Positions 13,352 to 26,600 of a stretch of 64,000 nucleotides of DNA are shown here, in pieces. Origin of the DNA: Hydrolagus colliei (lineage: Eukaryota); assembly GCA_035084275.1 (NCBI GenBank), contig CM068747.1, positions 2,914,001 to 2,978,000 on the forward strand, read 5' to 3'. Below the pieces are notes generated by a model that saw only the letters and a program-made list of their open reading frames with translations, did no database searches and was not told the origin of the DNA. Within the stretch, counting starts at the first letter, position 1, and each line of letters begins with the position of its first letter. Position numbers and translations under genes: made by a program.

Positions 13352-14784
13352 CAGGAATACACACAACCGAGGGATTTGATGGCCCCTTTTGTTTAAACAT
13401 GCGAGATTTTGAAGTGCTTGCTCTCAACGCTCATCGATGGCCGGTTTGCGCATGAACAACGCCAAAACAACAGTAACACATTGCATTTATCTGACTGGCT
13501 TCAGGATTCAGAGCATCCAAAGAGGATGATCTCCCAGTGATTCACACTCACAGAAGCTGAAGGCGCTTAAACTCAGATAATCAGTATCCAAAACATGCAG
13601 TTCAGATATCATTTAGGAGTTTTTGCAGCATCAATCCTAGTATAATAGCAACTCTTCTGTGCGCTTTTTTGAAAATACTTTCTGTAAAGTTCCCAATGCC
13701 ATCAGAGACATAACACGTTAAAATCCGACATTTGACTCACTGTCCTTGAGAGAGCTACCAAACTGCTTCACAGAGATTTACTCTCGCATTGTTTCAACTG
13801 TAATCAGTTAAAAAAGCTGGGAGGTATGGTATTAGCAGTCTCATACCTGGATATTTCTTTGGTCCACACTGTATTCTATGTTGTCTGATGCTACTGTATG
13901 TCATTTAGTACCCACCTGATGATACAGGACAAAAGGCGAAAATATGTGCATCTGAACCCTAATTAGCTCTGGTGATGTTTGCTGCTCTTACTAATGAGTT
14001 ATGTTCTGTCATAGCTCTGATAAGTACTGCTTTAAACACTCGCAAAGCTACAGTTTCATCTTGTTGTAAAGACCTGCTGACTGCAAAAGTTACACAATCC
14101 TGTAATTGAATAAGGACGTGTACTGCAATATGCTGCTACATATTTGTGATAATTGGTTAATGAACGGTAATTAAGCTCGTATAAAAGGTGCCTGCATTAC
14201 ATCAACAGCAGGATTCAATAAAAAGCACTTTAGCTCTATGAATTAAATATTAAAGTAACTGTCCTTTTCTCCTATTACTATATGCATAATGGAAACACAG
14301 GCTCTTGCATTTCACCTATTATGCTCATTTATGCTGATGGGGAAACATACTGTCATTCAAAACAATGTTTCCATAACGCTGCTGTTCTGCAGTCAATAAT
14401 TTCCTTCTTTGCAATGTGGGCCACCCTGTTTCACTTCGCTGGCTTCCTTATTCACATATAAACTGATGCCTACCTACTCCTACCCCAACAACAGGTTTGC
14501 CATTCTCTGTGCCCCCATTCCATCGTTCAATTGTTCCCAATTATTAGCCAGGCCTTTGTTGCTACTCTCTCAATCTCAGTTTCCTTATCAAAATGTTTTA
14601 AAGATGATTTAAGTTTCATTAGCGAACAGATTTGCAGAGGGTTCACAAGACCTCAAGCAAATGTGATCTCTAACTTTGGAGACAGCGAGCTTTCAAGATA
14701 AAGTGGACAGGACACGCTGCTTAACCTTTTCCGTTCCTGTCTCTTTAGTGGGTCCATTATTTAAAAATAATTAATAATAACAAT

Positions 14785-15385
14785 AAAAACACAAGATACA
14801 GCAGATGCTGGAAATCTGAAACAGAAACAGCTGGGAACATTCAGCAGGTCAGGCAGCATCTATGGATAAAGGAAAAGTGAGTCAACGTTTCAGGTCCACA
14901 ACCCTTCATCAGAACTGGGGAATGTTGGCAGGGAGAGGCAGGATTAACAGAGAAGGAGAGGCAGGGCAAGGAAGACAAAGGAGAAAATAGGGTATGGAGA
15001 TAATGGGATAAAGAGGTGTTAATGTGAAACAAAAGGGGGAATTGCAACAAAACTGGGTGAAATTGCCAAAGAACAGGCAGATCAGACGGTCGCAATAGAG
15101 GAGGGAGGTGAGCTGTTATGGCCTGAAATGATTGAAATCAATATTAAAGACCGAGGGCTGTAAGATCCCTAGCAGATGGATAAAGTGTTGTTTCCTCGAG
15201 CTTACGCTACAGTTCATTGGAACAGCGGAGGAGACCGTGGATGGAGAGGTCAGACTGCGAGTGGGAAGGAGAGTTGAAATGGCATGAAACCAGTAAGTCA
15301 GGGTTGTATTTACGGGCAGAGTAGAGGTGTTTGGCAAATCAGTCACCCAATCTGCATTTTGTTTCCCCAATGTAGCGGAGACCAT
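14785..15385 (-). mobile_element. Penelope-like retroelement 3' end: degenerate GIY-YIG endonuclease plus terminal repeat with hammerhead motif
   Basis: Minus-strand translation GLRYIGETKCRLGD*FAKH...VSCHFNSPSHSQSDLS, a frameshift, then QHFIHLLGILQPSVFNIDF, followed by the repeated ~150-nt terminal segment. Confidence 0.85.
14880..14916 (-). ncRNA. Minimal type I hammerhead ribozyme motif (Penelope-associated)
   Basis: 5'-AGUU CUGAUGA A GGGUU-GUG-GACCU GAAA C GUU^GACU-3': both core boxes, helix II, helix I (AGUU/GACU) and a palindromic ACGU helix III. Confidence 0.7.
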
Positions 15386-17561
15386 AAACTTTTATAAGAT
15401 CAGGTGATACCCCCGCTATCATATCAAAATATAAAAATTGGATACCTCTTGCATGTGGAAGGCTCCAAGATCAAAATAATGTCGGTAACGGAATTACAAC
15501 AGAAAATTGGGTATAAGTTTTTCCCTCCACTTTCAAAATAATTTCTATTGCATCAAATTTTCATGCAAACCAATGAAGTTATTGAAAAACGGTTTTCTGT
15601 TCCCTGTTAAATAGGCATTTATTCACACAAAACATGTAACTAATTTCATAGAGATTTGATAACTTTTAAATGTGCTGTTTTTGTCCTCTCCCGTGCGGAG
15701 TTGCCCAAATTGCAAATTATTTTTTTTCCAGCTTTTCATCAACGTGGCACTGAAATGACACTAGCATTTTCGATGGGTGCTGTCAGGAAGAGGGCACCAC
15801 TAAAAAACAAAATTGACCTTGAATGCTGAATTTGACTGCATTGCAAAAAGCTAAGTTGAAACCTTTTGAAACCGCACTGCCAGTTTGAGAGATTGCCCCC
15901 CTCAAAGGCTTTAGAAGCCAGTGTTTCTCAGATTGAGTAAACTGTAGTTCTAAACTTCTCACAAAATATTTTTATTGGCTGAACTTACGATGGTCATATA
16001 ACTAAAGTGCTCGCTTTTATTTAACATCCAAAACACTGCACGGCTACCGGGGGATCATGGCTGGAAACCGGTTGCCTCTTGAGAACTCGTTAAGAATGAT
16101 CCACAAGTGCCCTGTCCATTAAAAATGGTGTGCGCTCAAAGCGATAATTGGCAGCTTTTATGATACAGCATATTCGCTACCAACAACAAATCACATTTAC
16201 ACTTTTACATTGGGAGGACGTCCGAAAGTGCTAAATCAATGTGGTCGCCTAAATGATTTGTCCTTTGCTGAATTTTCCTTTCAAGCTATCGGATCTTAAG
16301 GAATCCCTTGCTTAGTTAATTGTCTTCCCCTCACCCACCCTTGGTTCATTGTTCAGTCCCTTTCCGGTCATTCCATTGGATTTGAACAGGGTACTCATTA
16401 ATGTATTGGTATCTAGTCAACTGCTATGTCTTCTACTAACAGTTTGAAGGTTATTTCAACCTTACCCAATTAGTTTGTACTGCAGCAGACAATGGGTTTC
16501 ACTTCACCCACAAATATAGTCAATTCACTTTATAGTATATTCTGTGAAGTGCTTTGAGATGTCTCGAGACATGATAAGGCATTGTATCAAATGCAAAGAT
16601 TATTATTACATTCTCTCTGTCTCTCGCCGGTGTTTGGTTTGGAAGCTGCCAAACATCACGAAGGGATGGCCAGCACACAACACCGGATTCTAGTCACAAG
16701 GTTAGGACTTCAGAACTTTATGCTATTTTCCAAGATTAATTCTGCTCTGAACATTGTGTTTACGTGGCTTTGGCGTGACTGCTCTGTACGTTGTATTTAC
16801 ATGACTACTCTAGGAATCTCTGAGCAATTCCTTTTTTTACGCAGGAGATGGCACTATAGTTAATACAGTTATCAATTTATTATTCAGAACAGACACTCCA
16901 GCGGCAATCTCTGAACACTTTTCATTTCACCCTGTGTAAGACATAAGGGGGGCTTTGGGCTATAGTCTCTCTCTCAACAGTGGAACAGATGTAGCAAACA
17001 CACACACACACACGTATACAGTCAGTCTGGATGGCAAATATCTACCTCATCTGCATGACTTACAACTGCTGTCTTTGTGGGGGATGGGAAACAGAATTCT
17101 TCTGATGCAGTCTGGTAAGATTTAAACAGAAGGCATTTGACAAAACTTTGCTGGGAAGGAAGGAATGAAGAAAAGAAGGAAGGAAGACTGCTCTTGAATA
17201 ACTTATTTTTGTTGGGAGCAACTTGCCTCTGAGATACTCAAGGATTTTGGAGACTGTGAATAAGGAAATCTGCTGAGGTTGTTGGCTGGCACTGTCAGTA
17301 TAAGTTGCTAATAACTAGAAGGTGTGATAACGTTTGACAAAAAAGACATCGAGAATCACGTGGTGAGCGTTTGAAGCTCAGAGACATTCAAGTCTTGATC
17401 CAACACACAAACGGATCTCCAAACCTGGTCAACATGTCCCCAAGATAGGCTCCCCAAAGTATTCCCCAAAGTGGACATCCAGTCGAGAAGACATCTACAC
17501 GGGGACATCTACATCTATTTGGGAATTTTGCTGCCTGGACGTGGAAGTTCCTGACCTGAGG

Positions 17562-17627
17562 ATGAGCCAAACTTCCCTCCTGAGAGCGTTGGCTGTGATG
17601 TGCTGCTGTACTGCTGGGTCTGCACAG
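17562..17627 (+). CDS. PTH2R: PTH2R exon 1 (signal peptide [22 protein letters not shown])
   Basis: ATG in AGGATGA context, hydrophobic core ending in ...SAQ (human PTH2R exon 1 ends ...RAQ), strong phase-0 donor CAG|gtaagg matching phase-0 exon 2. Confidence 0.82.
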
Positions 17628-20600
17628 GTAAGGCGAGCTCAACTTGTTTATCATCAAAGGTAAACAGGGAGCCAGACATATCATCAAATAACAGCAGCCA
17701 GCCACTTCACTGAGATTTATCTACTCTACATTTACTACTACAGCTGTTGCATGGTTTAAAGCAATACCCAAGCCATTGGAATGCTCCCTTTAGTTAATTC
17801 ATGGCAAGGTTGTAATGGGTATTTAGTCTGCTGGGTATGAGATTGAGTATTCACCTGTAGGTGATGGTTAACACATGATATTTAAGTTTAGATTAGTTCA
17901 TCGGCTGCTTTGCTACAAGGGTATTTAAAGGAGAAGTTTTATTGTTCTGTATTTCAGATATGGAGTGTGTTGCCTGCAGTAGTGTGTATGTATGTATGTG
18001 TGTGATGTACTTAAAGCTTTCACGTTTGCAGTGTTCAGCCTTGCACATTTAGACTCTGTGAACACATTTATTGGAATGTTAATCTTTTAATTTGATTCAA
18101 TGAAGGTGTGTGTGTGTGCCTTGGATTGACTCAGTAATGAGGAGGATTGCACCACGATTTTCATAGTCTGTTGTTCATTAGTTGGTGGAAACATAAACTG
18201 GGGGGAAAAAAAATTACATAAGGAATCGGTGATGGGATGGATTTTCGATCCTTTAATTAATTGATTCTTCAATTAATGAATTAATTAATATGCCAGACAT
18301 ATGATTAGAGATGGAAGCCTTTGACTCTAGTTAATTAATAGTGGGTGTGGATTGTCAAACATTCTTTAAATTGTAGTTTGTAATTGTCCCTTTCAAACTT
18401 TCCCTCTAAAATCACTGGTCTTGTCACTTTAGATATTGCCTATAATTATCTGTAGTATATATCAGGGGATATACATAGATATATATATAGATATATTATT
18501 AAACCAGTATGGTGAATGCAAAGAAAAAAAATCTGCATCAAATGTTTGTACAAGTTAACAATATGAACAAAAATCTGAACTGAATTAAAGTTTATTTTTG
18601 GGGTGGAGGAGAGGAAAATATTCCTCCAGTTGTTAATCACAGTGAGACACTCTTAACCCCTTGAAACCCATGTTTAAATCCTCACAAACACAATCGATTC
18701 ATTGCTGCTTTGTCCCACGAAAGGCTGGGATGAGGAAACCGAGCCACTCCACAGTGTGTAGTTGTACTGGGAGAACGCCTCGTTTAACTGTTAATTCCAG
18801 GTCAGAGATGATGTCAGTAAATTTGATGACCTGATGACAAGTTGAATGTATTCACACAAATGCTGGAATTCATTGTACATTGGGGGGGATCTCTTGTAAA
18901 ATGTGACACTCTCTCAGCCTTTCTCATTGTAATTCACGAACAATCCATGCTTTTTAATTCCACGTTTACAAATTTCCCCCCCTATGATATTGTCCACATA
19001 CTTGGACACATACACACACAAGTATATTATTGATGCAATGTTTTTTTTCACACTTAATCCTGTTCATTAGACTGTTTTATATTATAATGAATCAATGACA
19101 TGTGGTCTGATACATAATTAGAAGTCGCTGGGAACACTCAGTAGGTCAGGCAGCATCTATGGAGAGAGGAAAAGTGAGTCAACCTTTGGGATCCACCACC
19201 CTTCGTCAGAACATGTGCTCTGATCACAGCTTTACTATACTGTACTTTAAACGCTTGAGCAAAAGATTTCCTCCCTCCCTGGGTCTGTGCTAAAACACAC
19301 AATCTCCACAAATACATTTGGCTTCTGTTCTGCAGAAATGTTTTGTAAGATATGCAAACTCATGCTTAGGGATGGAAACCTTTCATTTCTAGTTGAAGGC
19401 GTCCGTCATTCGGGACAGCATCTTGGAGAGCTTTATCAGATCATCGAGGCATCTCAAACTGTATCGCAGGTTATTCTGGTCACGTAATGTGAGTGTAATA
19501 TAATATAAATTATCCTTGCATTTGATGTAGCGCTTATCATGTCTTCTAGACGTCTCAAAGAGCTGCACAGAATATACTGTAAAGTGAATTGACTGGATAT
19601 TTTTGGGCAAAACACAGCAGCCAATTGGACACAGAAGAGTCCCACAAACAGTCATGGAATGAGTGATCAAATTATTTATTTTTAGTTTTTAAATTTATTT
19701 TGTTGAGCGATTATTATGAACTTGCCCATGATTACACCCTGCAGGCAATATTGAACCCAGGTATCTTGCTTGCGAGGCGCATGCTCTACCCATTCAGCTA
19801 CAGGACTCTTTAATTGCTTGGAGACGCTTCCCCCCAGCATGAATAATAATAATATAATATGAAGGATGTTACGCAAATGTAAGTTGATGTTGTATTTTGT
19901 GAGGATTCCCTAAAGATGCTAAATGTCCAAGTCTCACCTGGATACCAAACCCCATTAGAATCAACAGTGTGTTATACTGGTTATTAACGCACTTTTTTTT
20001 CTCTTCTAGTTTTAATTTACACTTCTTTCCCATTTTAAACAATAATAATGATATATTTTTATATGTGAGGGAAGGAGGGGGAGGTGGGGGTAGAGCAATG
20101 TAGCTGTAGAGGCTCATGTGGATCATAAACACCGGCATGGCCAAGTTGGGCTTGTTTGGTTCCCAGATTCTATGTCATTTCACGATGGCGCAGAGCAGCT
20201 CACTGCACTCCATCTGTGTCTCCCACTCACCGCGGGCAGATTGCTATCAGCAGGCAGCAAACACAGACACGCACGTCTCGAACCCCCTTCTGTTCCTAGG
20301 GGAGGGTTTGTGGAAAAATAGAGAAACGACAAGGTGGCGGAGAGGATGCAAATAGAAAGCAATAGGAAAGTTTCCCAATTATCGTCACCGGATACGTCTA
20401 AAAGTCTAAAAGTGAATCCTGAACAACGTTAATATCACAATAGGCAAGACAAATGCAAATAATTTTAGAAGGTGTTGGTATCGGGATTATCACTCGGTCG
20501 GCATTGGCAGTTTCACACAAAGTTTTGCATCCCGTTTAATTATGGAATACAGCAGTCTTTATTGTGTGCAAATGAATATGTTCAAAATGCTTATTGGCAA

Positions 20601-23600
20601 ACAGCATGGCATAAAACACAGGAGCCAACATCAGGAACATATGCTGTTCCCTGATGCTTTCTATCAATAGAGAAAATTAGATTTTGTGAAGATGTACTGG
20701 TAGCATTATGACAAAAACATCTTTGTGCTAAAATGTCTCAATTCACGGTTTATTACTGTGATGCTCAGGGAATTCCAAGTGAAACGGTTAGAGCACTTGC
20801 CTTACAAGCGTGAGACCAGTGTTTCGAATCCAGGCTGGTCAGGGCGAAACCTTGGGCAAGTTTCCTTACTCCACACGCCTGATAATAAATAATCCCTCCA
20901 AAAAAACACAATGATAAAATTGGTCATTTCAATCCTCGACTGTTTGTGAGGACACTGCTGTGTCCAATTGGCTGCCGCGTTTCACCCACAAATATACAGT
21001 CAATTCACTTTACAGTATATTCTGTGAAGCTCTTTGTGACGTCTAGAAGACTTGAAAAGCACTATATCAAAAATGCAAGGATTATAATTCATTTGAGCAT
21101 ATTGCACTGTGTGCACAGAATTTACAGGAACATACATACCATCCATGGCCAGGCCATTAGCTCAGTTGGTTTGAGCCTTTCAATCGGAGTCCTGTAGCCT
21201 TAGAGAGGCATTCACCTCTCAAGTGAGAAGACTTGGGTTCAGTTCCCGGTCAGGGCAAAACATTCGGCAAGTTTTCTTACTCCGCACACTTCTGTTCACC
21301 TAGCAGTTAGTCAATTGATGGATCCTTTTTTCTGGGAGTAATAATCCCTTCCAAAAAAAATACTAATGTGATCGCTCAATCCATGGAGATTGCTGTGCGC
21401 AATTGGCTGCCATGTTTCTCCCACCAAATGTACAGTCAATTCACTTTACAGTATATTCTGTGAAGCGCTTTGAGGAGTCTTGAGGGCAAGATATGGCTCG
21501 GCCCCGGGATCTGTTATTCTGAAGAGCTCTGAGACGCTGCCTGGCGTGGAGGGCGCTATATAAATCAGAGTTGTTGTTGTTATATTAAATGCAAGAATTA
21601 TTATTATTATCAGCTGGACTTTGAACGAATGAATCTGCGGGGGTTTTAATACTCAGGGTTCATCCATTGCTGCTCAGAAAAGAGCTGAATGTTACATTGG
21701 AGAGTTTTATAATTGTTGTAGTTTAAGAATGGGATGGTTATTAATTTAACAGCAATCAGGGAGGTATTGTGAATGACATTAAGTGTACATGGCTAGGCAG
21801 CACGGTATATAAAGAAAAAATAGAGGATTCTGACCCTCTCTGAGCTTGAGCTGCTCATGACAGTGTGTTAATCTTTTTTTTTATCATTACTGCCTCCACA
21901 AACACATCCAATGCCTCTGCTGAGATCCAACTTTGGAACATCTTTAACCTCCCGTAAAGCTTTGGTTCCTAAGAATTCCATATCACAGCTAGATTCACAT
22001 ATGCACTACTTTTCTACTGCTGAGTTAATGAATGCGTCAAGAGTGAGAGGGGGAAGCAACTTGACTGATTAAAAATGTGTCCATTATTCCTCGTGTGTTC
22101 GTAATTGGGAGCAATCATTTTATGAACACTAATAAAACTCCATTTCTCATTGAGTGTTTGCAGGAATGTCAGGTGTTTGTATAATTTATGGTGTTCCATT
22201 CTATTTGGAAGAATTGTTAAATGGGCTTTACGTTAAAGCTATTGCTCAGTTAAAGCTATTCTTGCAATTATTCATTCGTAGAAAGACGTTCATTCCCCAG
22301 GGATTGTTTTTGCTGATTTTTCTCCCAAATTCAACAAACGGCCAATTTTCAAGCTTCATGTTTCAACAGTTTGAGGATGATGAGTGGCCAGAGTTGGGTG
22401 TACGTGAGCAGTTTCTCTCCTACAACCGCAGGCGATTGTCATCCATTACAAGCAGCTTGGTGCCAAGATGCTGAGTGTGAATGTTGTAGAACTGTGAGAT
22501 CAAATGCACTCAAGGGCCTTCTCCATCCAAACATCTCTGAGAGATCATTGCAATTACAAGGCCCCCCCCACTCCCCATAAAACCATTAAAAAAAAAAGGT
22601 TTCAACACCCGCTGAGCCCCGCAGGCTACACTGAGTGGAAAATAATTCTAACTTCCAACGACTTTTGTTTTCCCCCGTAAACTCCGCTTCCGCAGTGCAT
22701 CTGTGGACTATGTCCTCGCTGGCCACACTGAACGCACATCTAGACAGTACACCATAGCTTTGCCCTGTTGACAAATCTTGCTGGCTTTCTCACTAGCCTC
22801 TGCACGGTAAAAAGAACAGTTCAATGTAGAATCCAAATCATTATTTCAGATGCGTACCGTATTTGAATTTTGACATCTGTGATGTAGAGTAACTAAGAGT
22901 GAAACGCACGCACTGTAATCTCCCTGCCTTCTCTCCCCCACCCCCCACTCCCCTACCACAGTGGAATATTGTATGTTCTACTTCGGGTGACAGGCCTCAG
23001 GGAAAGGATGGTGGAAATGGTTTCCTGAGTGAGTTTGGTGTTTCCTGAGTGAGTTTGCTGGGTGATAGATACATGGCAAGCAGTGGCCATGCATTGGTCT
23101 TTGTAATAAAAAAAATCTGATTGCATTTGAGATGAAACATTATTGCTAACAGCTACCAGGAATCAAGTTTAAGGCTGTAAATCCTGGAGGATTCAGAGGT
23201 TCATGTTCACACACTACTCTTGCAGTTTACAAGATTAATTGAATCACTTCAGTCAGATTCCAGCCTGGTAAATCAAACCTATTTTTTTGTACCACATTTA
23301 TGAAATGCAAATTGTATAAATGATTGCTGTTCAAATGTTGCGGTCGAGACGCATTTCAATACCGTCCTCTTCGACCATGCTTTCGGTCACCCTCTTATCC
23401 CTCCTCACCCCGCCCTCCACCCCTCCTGATCCAACCACTGGCTGGGGTGCGGATCCCTGACTGCCTTGGGACATGCTCCAGACGTGAGAGGCGCTGGACA
23501 AATGTCATTTGTTGTTCTTGTTGTTGTGATTTTTTTTCAGGTTGACTCCGACAAGGTTGTTACCAAAGAAGAGCAGATGTACCTTCTTATTGGGGCGAAA

Positions 23601-26600
23601 ACAGATTGTGATCTACACGTATCTACCCAGCCCGAGGAAGGTACAACTTCTTACAGCCTTTGTTTCTTCATATGATTGGCCTGACAGCTCTGCATTTATA
23701 CAGATAATAATTGACTGAAGAAGCTTTCGGTGATGCGATCGGGCCCCTTTCACAACTAAAGGAGTGTGTTGAGAGTGTGTTGACAGAATGAGAATACATT
23801 TCTCTTACACTAAGGATGTATCCTTCGGAACATTTGTCAGCCCAACTGGAACATACCTTTGGTCGTCACATTGATTTGTGCCGGATCTTTACTCTGATAA
23901 TCTGGAAAACCACATCATAGCAAACAGACAACTGAGTGTTTCTGGTTCATCTCTTTCCTCCACTTGCAATCAACACCCACTGCAATGTTTTATTTGCCAT
24001 ATTTTAGTGTTGCTTCAGTTCGGCAATAGCTTCAACTAACATTGATCAAACATTGTTTGAAATCCAATTCATTAACACTGAACTACTCAGGACTTATTTT
24101 GTGGACTGGAGCAAACTTAACCTATATAATGATAGGTAATAATCATAATCCTTGTATTTGATATAGCGCTTTTTACATCCTATCGACATCTCAAAGCGCT
24201 TCACAGAATATACTGTAAAGTGAATTGACTGTATATTTGTGGGTGAAATGAGGCAGCCAATTGTGCACAGCAGCGTCCCACAAACAGTCGTGGATTGAAA
24301 TGACCAATTTTATCATTGTGTTTTTTTGGAGGGATTATTTATTATCAAGCTTTCGCCCTGATCTGCCTGGATTCGAACACAGGTCTCACGCTTGTAAGGC
24401 AAGTGCTCTAACCACTGAGCTACAGGAGCTCCGCAGCAAGTACTCTTAACAGTAAGGTCACAACAGCTACAAAATGCAACAGCCTATCTACGCTCATCAC
24501 AATTCTGTGAGGTTTCCTCAAAACAGACGGACAATGGCATCGAGAGCTGCTAAGAAGTGCAACAATGACTGAAACTGCTCACCAGCTACACTGAATGACA
24601 CTGATTATAGTCGATCATCCTCTACAAATTACATCGAAATGATATTCCAAACGTGGAAGGAGGAAAGGACTGTGTTCTGTAAAGGATATGTGATTGATAT
24701 AATTTAATCAGGCTACCACTATGATTCGGAATATTATGCAAAATAATTTGCAGTGATCTGTGCTGCAATTTGTATAAAGAGCATTCTACAGGATTGCTGC
24801 AGCTCAGTGGTTAGAGCGCTCACCTCATAAGCGAGAGACCTGGGTTCAAATCGTAGCAGGGCGAAACCTTTGGCAGGTTTTCTTGCTCCACATGCCTACT
24901 AATAATCTCTCGAAGAAAACCCCACAATAATAATTTCAATCCACGCCTGTTTGTGGGACACCGCTGAGCGCAGTTGGCTGCCGCGTTTTGCCCACAAAAA
25001 TATACAATCGATTCACTTTGCAGTATATTCTGTGAAGCGCTTTGTGACGTCTCAGAGAAAAGGGCGCTGCATCAAAATGTAAGGATTATATCAAATTGCA
25101 AGAATTTTTACATTCTATATTTTCTCAATCTGACTTTTTTTTTAAAAAAAGATGGATTTTGCCCTGCGGAGTGGGATGGATTAATATGCTGGACAAAAGG
25201 ATCCCCGGGAGAGGTCACTGCGGTTCTGTGTCCAAGTTACATTTATGACTTTAATCATGAAGGTGAGTAAGCCATGAAATCTGAAATATTGGCATTTTTA
25301 TTTATTCTTTGTGGCCGGGTTTATCGTCCGAGTTTGATACCTCAGTGTGTTCTTCAATCTTTTCCAGGACTTGCCTACCGGAAGTGTGACGACAATGGGA
25401 ACTGGGAATACGTGGAAAGCCTAAATAGGACGTGGGCTAATTACAGCGAATGCATCACATTCCTGCAATTTGACACTACCCACACACAAGTAAAGTTAAC
25501 AAAACAACAATGCCACAGTACCTTCATCCTGAGACTTTAAGTCAGTGTTAATTGCAGTTACGACAATAGTAACATGCATTGATATATCGGGATAGATTCT
25601 CGTAACGCTAATTAGTAAAGGAAACAAAGAGCACACAGCTCTTGACTTCATTTAATGTTCATTCTAATCATTTAAGTATTATATTCCCAATGTATTTGTG
25701 TTTGATTTACCAAAAACTAAGAGCCAGCAATTCCGCTCAGTTGGAAAGTAATTTGTTTTTTCAATTCTCTTTAACATGCAATGTTCTCTCATTCAATAGG
25801 AATTCTTTGAACGATTGTACATAATGTATACTGTGGGGTACTCTGTGTCACTTGGCTCATTGACTGTAGCGATTATGATCATAGGGTACTTCAAGTGAGT
25901 AGAAAAGTTTTTATTTTATGCACGTTGAATCTTGAAAACCAAGTTAACCATGACATCCATCATAGCGTTAAATCCTCAACGTTGGAAAAAGATTCACTGG
26001 AGAAACCTTTAGGACATAAGGGTTTTCTCAATGAGGTTCTCTCAATGAGGTTCTCTCAATGAGGTTCTCTCAATGAGGTTCTCTCAATTAAGCCGCTGAA
26101 ACCCTCATCCATGCCTCATCCATCACATCCTGTTCTCGACTACGCCAATTCCCTTCTTGTCGGCCTTCCCAATTCTTCCCTCGATTCGTTGCAGGTAATC
26201 CAGAACTCTGTGGGCCGTGTCCTCTATTGCTTCCCCCTTTCCCACCACCCTCCCCGTCCCCGACCCTAGCTCGGGTCTGAAATAATGACTTCCGGTGCCT
26301 TGGGACGTCCTCCTGACGTAAAAGCCGCTATACACATGTCATTTTGTTGGTGTTGGAAATGTAATTTTGTTGTTCGAAATGGAAAATCTACATTGGTCTT
26401 TAGGTTTGGGATTCACTACATTGCTGTGCTAGAGGCCTTTCACTTTCTAGCCAACAAAAGTTATCCTCGCGTGTGAGTTGGTGATACTAGCATATGCTGA
26501 TATTGGCACACGCTGGGATGAAATAATTAACCCCACAATACATATTCGTTGGTTCACATCAAGTGCTTTGAGAGGTTTCAATGACATGATAAGGTGCCGT

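Noticed and set aside
20137-20193. [19 protein letters not shown] as an alternative signal-peptide exon
   Set aside because: No GT donor after the CAG (it is followed by agcagc); 17562-17627 has a proper donor.
23021-23060. 20-bp tandem duplication (similar short duplication near 61100)
   Set aside because: Ordinary local duplication with no functional cue.
26021-26090. CRISPR-like array
   Set aside because: Contiguous tandem repeat with no spacers, in eukaryotic DNA.
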